Shown here: positions 38,816 through 47,923 of the stretch, piece after piece
Layout of the letters: each line of letters opens with the position of its first letter
Numbering within the stretch: the first letter of the stretch is position 1
Assembly (NCBI GenBank): GCA_017610205.1
Contig: JAFCCL010000006.1
Span: 42,475 to 106,474 of the forward strand
Length of the DNA stretch: 64,000 nt
Reading direction: 5' to 3'
From: Candidatus Iainarchaeum sp.
GTDB taxonomy: Archaea; Iainarchaeota; Iainarchaeia; Iainarchaeales; GCA-2688035
Program-made: the position numbers and the translations under genes
Notes under the pieces: generated by a model
The model's database searches: none
What the model was told of the DNA's origin: nothing
What the model saw: the letters and a program-made list of their open reading frames with translations, nothing else

Positions 38816-39326
38816 ATAATTTTTCCTTTTGTTTCAAATGTTCTTTGATAATTTCAAGAATTTTAAAATATTTTATTTCACACCCCATATCAGACAAAAT
38901 ATGAAATTCTAGGTCTATAATATGCGGCTTTTTAGTCCAGGTAGATATTATTTGTTTAACCATTAAAGTTGTTGAAGTGCCAATTGGGATAATGAAGTCC
39001 GACTTTAAGGCAAGGTGTTTGAATAAATCAGGAGTATTTCTGTAACCTATATGGTCTAACAGAATATTAACCTGAAGTGGGTTCTTTGATGCAATGTCTA
39101 CAAATGATCTTTGTGCATCAGCTGAAGAACCAACACCATCAGCGCAGACAAATAACAGAGTCGTTTTTTTCCTGGTTGGCTTTTTAGCCCTGACAACATC
39201 TGGCATCTTTGAAGCCTCTTCACGCCTTAGCCTATTAAGCAAGGTCTTGCCAGCACCTGTAAGATAAAATTTTCCACTGATTTTGGAGGCAAGCCCTCTT
39301 CTAACTAGACCGATCTTTTTTTTCAT
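38814..39326 (-). CDS. Basic-tailed protein with a PTS EIIB-like Cys loop
   Basis: MKKKIGLVRR...; LLFVCADGVGSS. Confidence 0.55.
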   Translation of the reverse strand: MKKKIGLVRRGLASKISGKFYLTGAGKTLLNRLRREEASKMPDVVRAKKPTRKKTTLLFVCADGVGSSADAQRSFVDIASKNPLQVNILLDHIGYRNTPDLFKHLALKSDFIIPIGTSTTLMVKQIISTWTKKPHIIDLEFHILSDMGCEIKYFKILEIIKEHLKQKEKL

Positions 39327-39407
39327 TTGTAACAAGAAAGTCACTCCGGTTAAAATTGTTTCTTTTGTGATTAATATTATTAACCCTTTACACAACTTAT
39401 TAATTGT

Positions 39408-39938
39408 ATGCAGGCAATTGCATTTACCGGACTGCCTCGTTCTGGAAAGGATACCGCTGCAGACTATCTTGTGAAAAAGCATGGTTTTAGCAAGGTTGTA
39501 ATGAGTGACGAGAATGGCTTTGAGTTAAAAAAGCATGGTTTAAAGGATAACAAAATGGGTCGTTCAAGAATGGGAAAGGAACTTCGTGAAAAATTTGGAT
39601 TGGACGTAATTGCAAGGCGTTCATTTGAAAGAGCCAAAAAAAGTGGCTTTGAAAGAGTTGTTTTTGTTGGAGTTAGGGGTGTTGAAGAAGTGAATTTTTT
39701 CAAAAAGGAAATTCCTGAATTTAAGCTTATAAAAATTGAATCGGTAAAAGGCAAAAGATTTGAGAGGAAAAGCAAAATTGACGGCCAAAGCAAAGAACAG
39801 TTCTTTGAAAGAGAGGTCTGGGAAGAGGAAAAGTTTGGACTTGGCAAAGTTTTGAACGAAGCTAATTATACTATCGAAAATAATTCAACGATTGCCGAAT
39901 TTCAAAAGGCAATAGACGAATTGATGCAAAACATTTAA
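39408..39938 (+). CDS. P-loop nucleotide/dephospho-CoA kinase-like protein
   Basis: TGLPRSGKDT, GVRGVEE, YTIENN. Confidence 0.85.
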   Translation: MQAIAFTGLPRSGKDTAADYLVKKHGFSKVVMSDENGFELKKHGLKDNKMGRSRMGKELREKFGLDVIARRSFERAKKSGFERVVFVGVRGVEEVNFFKKEIPEFKLIKIESVKGKRFERKSKIDGQSKEQFFEREVWEEEKFGLGKVLNEANYTIENNSTIAEFQKAIDELMQNI

Positions 39939-39975
39939 AAACATCAAATGCTTTTTAGATTCAGGTGATTAGTAA

Positions 39976-40701
39976 ATGGTTGATTTAAACCTGACAATAA
40001 GCCAATTTCTTGACAGCTTATACCAAGCACTTGTTGTAAACATCTGGGACGAATTTGTAGAAGTCGTTCCAGGAATTGTTGCGGCAATAATCATTGTGCT
40101 TATTGGTTGGGTACTGGCAAGAATAATCAAGCAGATTGTAATCAAAATTCTGCAGAGCACAAAGGTTGACAAATGGATTGATGAGCAAAACCTTACGGCT
40201 GCAATTGGAGGAAAAGAGGTTTCGGGATTGATTGGAAGCCTGACCAAATGGTATGTTATAGGAATCTTCCTTGCACAGGCGGTAGGATGGCTCAATCTTG
40301 ACATTTTTACAATCTACCTTGAAAGAATTTTTGTGTTCTCTAACAGCAACCCAAGCCCGATATTTTTCTCGTTGCTTGGAGGCATTGTTGTAATGGTAGC
40401 AGGATTGCTGGTTGCACGCTACTTCAGGAACCTTATTGAAGCAACAACATTCAGGGTAAAGAAAGCATTAGGATTAATTGCAGAAGGAATTGTCCTAATC
40501 TTTTCAGGAATGCTTGCTTTGACATTAGTTGTGGGACCGGAAATAGCAAATGTGCTAATACGCTTGATAGAGCTTTTCTTAACTCCGTTCATTCAAGCCT
40601 TTGCATGGGTGCTTGCAATAGTAGTAGGAATAAGCATTCTTGTAAACTCAAAAAATGAACTTAGGAAAATTTCTTTAGAGTTAAAAAAGTCAATCAAGTA
40701 A
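39976..40701 (+). CDS. TM-helix-repeat (MscS/CmpX-like) membrane protein
   Basis: PGIVAAIIIVLIGWVLA repeat pattern. Confidence 0.75.
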   Translation: MVDLNLTISQFLDSLYQALVVNIWDEFVEVVPGIVAAIIIVLIGWVLARIIKQIVIKILQSTKVDKWIDEQNLTAAIGGKEVSGLIGSLTKWYVIGIFLAQAVGWLNLDIFTIYLERIFVFSNSNPSPIFFSLLGGIVVMVAGLLVARYFRNLIEATTFRVKKALGLIAEGIVLIFSGMLALTLVVGPEIANVLIRLIELFLTPFIQAFAWVLAIVVGISILVNSKNELRKISLELKKSIK

Positions 40702-40817
40702 AAAAAGGGGCTTTTAAAAACCCCTTTCTTTTTTTATTTTTTTTAAAGCTTTAAAACCCCCAAAAAGCAGGAATTAAATAAATTATTAAACAAGTCCCCG
40801 TTTCTAATTTATTAGAA

Positions 40818-40905
40818 GTCACATCCTATTGTGCGAGTGATAACGAGCATATGGCATCGAGCGCCGTTAGGCGTGAAGATGGCATTCGCACTCGCGGGGC
40901 GTGAC
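40818..40905 (+). ncRNA. Unidentified structured RNA or tRNA leader
   Basis: Nested stems gtcac/gtgac, gcgagtg/cactcgc, catc/gatg, cgcc-gtta-ggcg with tandem GA; GC-rich. Confidence 0.6.
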
Positions 40906-40908
40906 CGC

Positions 40909-40982
40909 GGGTCCGTAGCTTAGTCTGGCAGAGCATTGGTCTTATACACCAAGGGTCAGGGGTTCAAATCCTCTCGGACCCA
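40909..40982 (+). tRNA. tRNA-Ile(UAU)
   Basis: Acceptor GGGUCCG/CGGACCC-A; anticodon arm UUGGU-CU UAU AC-ACCAA; GGUUCAAAUCC. Confidence 0.9.
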
Positions 40983-41145
40983 ATTCAATTTTTTTTGGAG
41001 AGGTAAAAAAATACCCGTGAAAAAAAGCCATTAAAGAGGCTTTTACTGGTTTTATTGCCCAAATAAGGAATTTGTTTAAAAGGATTAATTAGTTAAAAAT
41101 AATAAAAATGCGAATTTTTGTAAAGAAAGTAAAAAATGTGTTAAA

Positions 41146-44010
41146 ATGGCAAAAAAAAGGATTTTGGAACAATTTGACCTCAAAAAAGAGGAAAGCGTAA
41201 GGCGTTTTTGGAAAAAGGACCAAATTCCTGAAAAGGCAAGAAAACAAAGCCAGAAGCAAAAAGAACCCTTTTATTTTATGGACGGCCCGCCCTATGCAAC
41301 CGGGCACATTCATATGGGAACTGCCTTAAACAAGGTTTTGAAAGATGTTGCAATGCGTTCCAAAAGAATGCAGGGATTTAATGTTTTTGACAGGCCAGGA
41401 TACGACTGCCATGGGGTTCCAACAGAAAAAAAGGTTGAAGAAAAACTTGGCTTTAACAACAAACAGCAAATTGAAGAATACGGAGTTGACAAATTTACAG
41501 AGCAATGCAGGCATTTTGCCACACAATTCATTGAAGTAATGAACAAAGAATTTGACAATATTGGAGTCTGGATGGATTGGAAAAACCCATACCTTACATT
41601 AGACGATGATTACATTGAAGCAATCTGGGGGTCTTTCAAAAAAGCCGATGAAAAAGGACTTCTTTACAAAGGGCTTTACCCAGTGCACATTTGCCCACGC
41701 TGTGAAACAGTTGTTGCATTCAACGAAATTGAGTATACAAAACAAACAGATGAAAGCATTTACGTAAAATTTCCAGTAAAGGATGCAAAAGAAACATTTC
41801 TGGTAATTTGGACCACTACTCCCTGGACACTGCCTGGAAACACAGGCGTAATGGTAAACCCAAAATTCGATTACGCTTTTGTAAAACTAAGCAATGGCGA
41901 AACATGGATTGTTGCAGAAAAAAAAGTACAAAACTTAATGGATGCAATTGAAGCAGGCTATGCAATTGAAAAGATAGTAAAAGGAAAAGAACTTGAAGGA
42001 ATGCAATACAAAAATCCATTGCAGAAAAAATTAAAATTGCCAGAACTTGAAAATGCTTACAGAGTTGTTATGAGCGAAAGATATGTCAACCTTGATGAAG
42101 GAACAGGACTAGTGCACTGCGCACCAGGACATGGCAAAGAAGATTACGAGGTTGGAAACAAAGCAGGACTGCCTGCAATTTCACCGGTTAAATTAAACGG
42201 CTTGCTAAAAGAAGAAACAGGAAAATATGCAGGAAAGAAATGCAGAGTTGTTGACAAGGAAATTATTGAGGATTTGGAATATGACAAAATGCTAGTGTAC
42301 AAACACGAGCACACACATGATTACCCAGTGTGCTGGAGATGCAAAAGCCCTCTTTTAATGCTAAGCGTAAAACAATGGTTTTTGCAAATAAGAAGCATTC
42401 AGGAAAAAATGCTTTCATTAAACAAAGAAGTCAATTGGACACCGGCATGGATGAAGGACAGAATGCATAACTGGCTTGAAAGCATAAGCGACTGGCCTAT
42501 TTCAAGAGCAAGATACTGGGGAACACCACTGCCAATATGGGTTTGTGACAAGTGTGAAAGCAAAAAAGTTATTGGAAACAGAAAAGAACTCAGGCAATTA
42601 AGTGGTGTGAAAGAAATTGAAATGCACAAGCCAGGAATTGACAAAATTGAATTCGGATGCAGTTGCGGAGGAACAATGAAAAGGGTTCCGGAAATTCTAG
42701 ACGTATGGTTTGATTCAGGAGTAAGCAGCTGGGCAGCATTGGGATTTCCAGAAAAAAAGGAATTGTTTGAAAAATTCTGGCCAGCCAATTTAAACCTTGA
42801 AGGAACAGACCAGTTTAGAGGATGGTGGAACTCGCAATTGATTCTTTCAACAATTTGCTTTGACAAGGCACCATTTGAAAACATTTTAGTGCATGGAATA
42901 GTACTGGACCTTCAAAAGAAAAAAATGTCAAAAAGTGTTGGCAACATTGTACAACCAAAGGAAATAATTGAAAAATATAACAGAGACTACCTTCGCTATT
43001 ATTTAGTAAGCACAAGCAAGGGAGAAGACTTTGCATTTTCATGGGATGCGTTTAAAGACATTCACAGATTCTTCAATGTATTATGGAACAGCTACAATTA
43101 TGCCTTGCTTTACCTGGACATTGACCTTGAAAAGGCGGAAAAAATTGAATTAAAGGGACTGGAAGCAGAGGACAAATGGATAATAAGCAAGGTTGAAAGC
43201 TTGACCAAAGAAACCCTAAACGCTTACAACAATTTTACTTACTTTAAAGCAACAGCAGCAATAGAAGAATTTGTTTTAGAAGAATTAAGCAGAACCTACA
43301 TCAAACTTGTAAGAAACAGGGAAGACAAGGAAAATGTAAACAAAACCCTGTCCTATGTTCTTGGCAAAATACTAAAAATTATTGCACCAATCACCCCGCA
43401 TATTGCAGAATACATTTACCAGGGATTTAAATCAGGCAAAATGCCTGAATCAATTCACCTGATTGAAATTCCACTGCCTGATGCAAAAAAGATTGACAAA
43501 AAGCTCGAAGCAGAATTTGAAAAAACAAAACAGGTTACACAGGCAGTGCTTTCATTAAGGGAAGAAAACAAGCTAAGGAGAAGATGGCCACTGCGTTCTC
43601 TTACAATAGTATCCAAAACAGGAAAAGAATTAAGTCACGTTAAAAAAGTTCTTGAAAGCAGCTGCAATGTGCAAAAAGTTTTGCTTGACAAAAAAAAGCC
43701 AAGAAAAGGAAAATACGCAGAAAAGGAAATAGAGGGCATTAAAGCATTTCTTGAAATTGACGCAGACCAGGAACTAAAAGAAATCTGGGAACTGCAGGAA
43801 CTAAGAAGAAAAATACAGGATTTAAGAAAGCAGGCAAAGCTCATGCCAGGGCAAAAAGCAAAATTAAAAATTGCCTGCAGCAAGCCGGAATTTTTGGAAA
43901 AATTCAAAAAAGAAATTGAAACAGGAACAAACACAGAATTGGACCAGACAAAGAAAAAGCCCTCAGAAAAACTCCTTGAAAGGAAATTTGCACTACAGAT
44001 TGTGAAGTGA
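41146..44010 (+). CDS. ileS: Isoleucine--tRNA ligase
   Basis: DGPPYATG.HMGT, WTTTPWTLP, ISRARYWG, DQFRGW, KMSKS. Confidence 0.97.
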   Translation: MAKKRILEQFDLKKEESVRRFWKKDQIPEKARKQSQKQKEPFYFMDGPPYATGHIHMGTALNKVLKDVAMRSKRMQGFNVFDRPGYDCHGVPTEKKVEEKLGFNNKQQIEEYGVDKFTEQCRHFATQFIEVMNKEFDNIGVWMDWKNPYLTLDDDYIEAIWGSFKKADEKGLLYKGLYPVHICPRCETVVAFNEIEYTKQTDESIYVKFPVKDAKETFLVIWTTTPWTLPGNTGVMVNPKFDYAFVKLSNGETWIVAEKKVQNLMDAIEAGYAIEKIVKGKELEGMQYKNPLQKKLKLPELENAYRVVMSERYVNLDEGTGLVHCAPGHGKEDYEVGNKAGLPAISPVKLNGLLKEETGKYAGKKCRVVDKEIIEDLEYDKMLVYKHEHTHDYPVCWRCKSPLLMLSVKQWFLQIRSIQEKMLSLNKEVNWTPAWMKDRMHNWLESISDWPISRARYWGTPLPIWVCDKCESKKVIGNRKELRQLSGVKEIEMHKPGIDKIEFGCSCGGTMKRVPEILDVWFDSGVSSWAALGFPEKKELFEKFWPANLNLEGTDQFRGWWNSQLILSTICFDKAPFENILVHGIVLDLQKKKMSKSVGNIVQPKEIIEKYNRDYLRYYLVSTSKGEDFAFSWDAFKDIHRFFNVLWNSYNYALLYLDIDLEKAEKIELKGLEAEDKWIISKVESLTKETLNAYNNFTYFKATAAIEEFVLEELSRTYIKLVRNREDKENVNKTLSYVLGKILKIIAPITPHIAEYIYQGFKSGKMPESIHLIEIPLPDAKKIDKKLEAEFEKTKQVTQAVLSLREENKLRRRWPLRSLTIVSKTGKELSHVKKVLESSCNVQKVLLDKKKPRKGKYAEKEIEGIKAFLEIDADQELKEIWELQELRRKIQDLRKQAKLMPGQKAKLKIACSKPEFLEKFKKEIETGTNTELDQTKKKPSEKLLERKFALQIVK

Positions 44011-44014
44011 ACAA

Positions 44015-44242
44015 ATGAAACTGCCAATTATTTCTTCAGCAAAGGCAATCAAAGCACTTGAAAAGATTGGCTTTAAAGAAAATCACCAAAAAGGAAGCCA
44101 TATTGTTCTTAGAAAAACAACTTTTCCATTTGCAAGAATTGTTGTTCCAAAAAGAAAAGAATTGCCAAAAGGAACACTGCGTGCAATAATAAGGCAAGCT
44201 GGATTGAACAAAGAAGAATTTACAAAACTTCTTGGAAAATAG
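44015..44242 (+). CDS. hicA: HicA toxin
   Basis: QKGSHIVL...GTLRAIIRQAG. Confidence 0.92.
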   Translation: MKLPIISSAKAIKALEKIGFKENHQKGSHIVLRKTTFPFARIVVPKRKELPKGTLRAIIRQAGLNKEEFTKLLGK

Positions 44243-44318
44243 CTTTATTATTAATAATTTATATAACTTGTGTAAGAATAGTAATATATACAACTTTTAG
44301 CAATAAATGTGATGAAAC

Positions 44319-44534
44319 ATGGATTTTAAAGTGGCAATTTCAAAGGATGAAGATGGTATTTACATAGCCGAATGTATTGACCTTCCAGGCTGTGTTTCAG
44401 ATGGAAGCACAATGCAGGAAGCCAAAAAAAATGTCAAAGAAGCAATAGAAGCCTATTTGGAAAGCCTTGAAAAGCACGGTGAAAAAATTCCTTCAAAACA
44501 CTCCGAGATTGTAAGAATAAGCGTCTGCACATAA
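44319..44534 (+). CDS. hicB: HicB antitoxin
   Basis: DLPGCVSDGSTMQEAKKNVKEAI. Confidence 0.92.
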   Translation: MDFKVAISKDEDGIYIAECIDLPGCVSDGSTMQEAKKNVKEAIEAYLESLEKHGEKIPSKHSEIVRISVCT

Positions 44535-44595
44535 ACGCAAAGTTTTTCTAATTCAACGGTAAACATAAGACTCCCCCTTTAAGAGGTGTTTTTTT

Positions 44596-45510
44596 ATGGA
44601 AAAAATCAAGGATATTGAACTAAACGGAAAAAATTCAAAAGAAATGGTCAATGAAATGAAAACAGTTGGCTTTCAGGCAACTCATCTGGCACAAGCTGTT
44701 GAACTTATAGAACAAATGAAAAAAGAAAACGCAACAATATTTTTGGGTTTTACAGCAAACTTAATGGCCTCAGGATTGAGGGGAATTGTAAAAGAATTGT
44801 GCAAAAAAAAGTTTGTTGACGCAATTGTAACAACTGCAGGAAGCATTGACCACGACATCATCAAAAGCAGCATGCCATACAATCTTGGAACATTCCAGGC
44901 AAACGATGTAGAACTGCACCAAAAAGGCATTAATAGAATTGGAAACATTTTTGTTGAAACAAAAGGATTTGAGCTCCTGGAAGAAAAAATGCAGCAATGG
45001 TTAAAGGAAATTTACAGCAAAGAAAAAATTGTCAGCCCAAGCCAGCTTACAAAATTCATTGGAGAAAAGCTTCCAAAAGAAAGCTTTTTGCACTGGTGCA
45101 ATACAAACAACATCCCGGTGTTCTGCCCGGGAATAACAGACGGGGCAATAGGAATGCAAATGTATTTCTTCAAACAAGAACACGCAGACTTTGCAATGGA
45201 CGTAACAAAAGACATGAAAGAGCTGGCAGACCTTGTTCTGACAGCAGACAAAACAGGCGCAATAATTCTCGGAGGCGGAATTTCAAAACACCACATAATC
45301 GGCGCAAACATTCTAAGAGAAGGACTTGATTACGCGGTTTACATTTCAACAGCTGCAGAATTTGACGGAAGCCTTTCAGGAGCACAAACAAGAGAAGCAA
45401 AAAGCTGGGGCAAATTAAAGGAAAGAGGAAACAGCGTGCAGGTAAACTGTGACGCAACAATTGCACTTCCCCTAGTCGCTACTGCTTTAAAGGAAAAAGG
45501 AGTACTGTAA
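44596..45510 (+). CDS. dys: Deoxyhypusine synthase
   Basis: GFQAT, NRIGN, GGGISKHH, DGSLSGA, EAKSWGK. Confidence 0.96.
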   Translation: MEKIKDIELNGKNSKEMVNEMKTVGFQATHLAQAVELIEQMKKENATIFLGFTANLMASGLRGIVKELCKKKFVDAIVTTAGSIDHDIIKSSMPYNLGTFQANDVELHQKGINRIGNIFVETKGFELLEEKMQQWLKEIYSKEKIVSPSQLTKFIGEKLPKESFLHWCNTNNIPVFCPGITDGAIGMQMYFFKQEHADFAMDVTKDMKELADLVLTADKTGAIILGGGISKHHIIGANILREGLDYAVYISTAAEFDGSLSGAQTREAKSWGKLKERGNSVQVNCDATIALPLVATALKEKGVL

Positions 45511-45569
45511 AAAAAAAAGGAATTGCTTGCAATGATTACAACCAGTACTTGCAGTAAAGAGGAATTACA

Positions 45570-46580
45570 ATGATTACAGTAATAACTTATTTGCTAATGT
45601 TTGCCTGCGGAGCATTTACAAAATTCGCAGACAATTTAATTGACGAACCATTCAAATCAAAATTTCCATGGCTGCAATATGCCACAGCTGCAATTTACGG
45701 AATTCTTGCAGGATACCTTGCAACAGGCTCAACAGAATTTGCAACACTAATAATTGCAATCACAATAGGAGTGTTGTTTGCGGGAAAAATTGATTCAAAA
45801 GCACACCAGCTTGCAATTGCAATAATTTTTGTAACAATTGCACTGCGAGGTTTGCCCTCAATAGACATTCTTCTGCTTGCAGCCCTTGTTATTCTTGGAT
45901 TTCTTGACGACGCCTTAAACGATTTTGTAGACAATGCAAAAGAAAAAGGAAAACACATTAATTCAACAATAAGACACATTGTAAGCGCAAGGCTTTCACT
46001 GGAAATCGGAACACTTGCATTAGGGCTTTGGACAGGAAACTTTGTTTACTTCCTTTCAATATTTTCATTCGACCTTGCATACAACATTGTGGACAAGGCA
46101 ATGCCGTTGTTTATGAAAATGTTTAATCCAGAATACGGGCCACAGCTGGTTGTTGATTTGTACAAATGCAATGCAAAAAAACTAGGTGACAAAAATTTTA
46201 TCAAAAAAACGCTTGTGGAATTTCCTGCAAAAATCGGAATGAGAAAAATTTCCAAAGCATTTGTCTTCAAATACAATCCAAAAAACAAGGAAGAACAAGG
46301 ACTAAGCGCATTTGTGCTAATAGCAGAATCACACATTACAATACACACATATCCACTAAGGCAGCTTGCAAAAATAGATATAGTTTCATGCAAGGGATTT
46401 GATCAGGAAAAGGCAGCAGCAATGCTAAAAAAAACATTCAATGCAAAAGAAGCAGAAGCCAAATCACTCTACAGGGGAAAACACTATCCAAAAGACCTGA
46501 AAAAATCAGCAGAACTTGCAAAAAAAGAGCGCTCAAAAAGCACAGTTTGCAAAACGCAGGCAACTATGCTGAAGGAGTAA
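45570..46580 (+). CDS. speD: Multi-TM domain fused to an S-adenosylmethionine decarboxylase proenzyme
   Basis: About 185-aa hydrophobic N-terminus, then GLSAFVLIAE-SHITIHTYP and DIVSC. Confidence 0.8.
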   Translation: MITVITYLLMFACGAFTKFADNLIDEPFKSKFPWLQYATAAIYGILAGYLATGSTEFATLIIAITIGVLFAGKIDSKAHQLAIAIIFVTIALRGLPSIDILLLAALVILGFLDDALNDFVDNAKEKGKHINSTIRHIVSARLSLEIGTLALGLWTGNFVYFLSIFSFDLAYNIVDKAMPLFMKMFNPEYGPQLVVDLYKCNAKKLGDKNFIKKTLVEFPAKIGMRKISKAFVFKYNPKNKEEQGLSAFVLIAESHITIHTYPLRQLAKIDIVSCKGFDQEKAAAMLKKTFNAKEAEAKSLYRGKHYPKDLKKSAELAKKERSKSTVCKTQATMLKE

Positions 46581-46740
46581 TTGCCCTAACAACCAAAACC
46601 AGTGCAATAACAGCAATTGCCGCACCAATAACAAATTCTGGCGAAAGCTTTGGACCGCTTGTATCTGCGTCAAAAAACCTTACAATTCCCAAACTACTGC
46701 TTGGTCCGCTAACAGCAGGACCCCTATTTAACTTAACCAT
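46564..46740 (-). CDS. secG: Preprotein translocase subunit Sec61beta/SecG
   Basis: PSSSLGIVRFFD...KLSPEFVI plus TM. Confidence 0.9.
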   Translation of the reverse strand: MVKLNRGPAVSGPSSSLGIVRFFDADTSGPKLSPEFVIGAAIAVIALVLVVRAITPSA

Positions 46741-46842
46741 TTTAAAACACCAAAAATGCGCCAAAAAAGGCACAATATAAAGATTTTAATAGTTGTTAAG
46801 ATATAAAAATGATAACGTTTAAGAAAAAAAAGGCTGAAAACC

Positions 46843-47844
46843 ATGCAAAACGAAATACTGATACAAAATGGCATTAGGGCAATTATTCTAATAGCAATGA
46901 TTTTTGTTTTACTATTTTTGCTGACATTTACAGGAGTAATAGGATGCAGTGAAATTCCAATGGCAGGAGAAGCATGGTGCGACGTTTACTGGACAATCAA
47001 AACCTATACAACAGGCGGACCACGCGTTCTAATAGTATACGGAGACTCAGGTCTTGGAAACCCAATAGGGTTTAACAACGGAAGCCTTGAAGAACTTCTT
47101 GCAGACCCAAATCTTCTTTCGGTTCACGCAGATACACAGCATATTGACAACCTAAGCTACGGAGTTCTGCAAAACTATGACATAGTAATAGTTGACAGGG
47201 CAAAAGAAATTGAAACAAAGCAATTAAGGATGTTTATAGACTATGCATCAAATCCAACAGGCGGAGTACTTGTATGGACAGGTGATGCAGGAACCAAACT
47301 TGGACCAAATGACCACCCGGTTTACACAGAAGACAAAGATCCTTCCACAGATACAAATACAATCCTTGGACCATGGTCAAGAAGAGACGAAGATTACATA
47401 ATTTCGTTTGATGAGCTTTTAGGAGTAAAGCCTGTTGACAATGAAAAAATTACTTTCTGCGAACTCTTTTCATGCCGTGAAGGAATGCCAATGCTGGCAG
47501 GAAATATTGAAACAGAACCAAGCGGAAACCACCCGCTTATAAGAGGAATTACAAGATCGCTGCCATTATATGTCTTCAAAGGAGAAGACTTTGGAATTGT
47601 TGAAACACTTTCAGGAGGAATTACAAACGAAGTCCTCTCCCTTGACTTTGGAAGCAAAATGAGCGTAGCCGGATATGACCTCAACAAAAGTGTGCCACTA
47701 ATTGTAACATCGGGAATCGGTGAAAGAATAATTTACTACGCGCTTCCCATTGAATACTATGCAAACCCCGAACTTGAAAAGGCAGGAAAAGCAACATACC
47801 TGCTTCCAATAGAAAACATGTACTACGGAATCATAAAAGGGTGA
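46843..47844 (+). CDS. N-anchored extracellular protein with GATase-like fold
   Basis: YDIVIVD, GGVLVWTGDAG; paralog of 52500-53360. Confidence 0.7.
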   Translation: MQNEILIQNGIRAIILIAMIFVLLFLLTFTGVIGCSEIPMAGEAWCDVYWTIKTYTTGGPRVLIVYGDSGLGNPIGFNNGSLEELLADPNLLSVHADTQHIDNLSYGVLQNYDIVIVDRAKEIETKQLRMFIDYASNPTGGVLVWTGDAGTKLGPNDHPVYTEDKDPSTDTNTILGPWSRRDEDYIISFDELLGVKPVDNEKITFCELFSCREGMPMLAGNIETEPSGNHPLIRGITRSLPLYVFKGEDFGIVETLSGGITNEVLSLDFGSKMSVAGYDLNKSVPLIVTSGIGERIIYYALPIEYYANPELEKAGKATYLLPIENMYYGIIKG

Positions 47845-47923
47845 AGCAACGCATTAAATAAAAAAATCTGGCAATTAAAAAAAACAAAGCATTAAATAAA
47901 AAAAAACCTTTAATTAACACAGC

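Noticed and set aside
40818-40905. 5S rRNA, SRP RNA or RNase P RNA
   Set aside because: Too short and lacks the CCGAAC, helix-8 CAGG/AGCA and GAGGAAAGUCC signatures.
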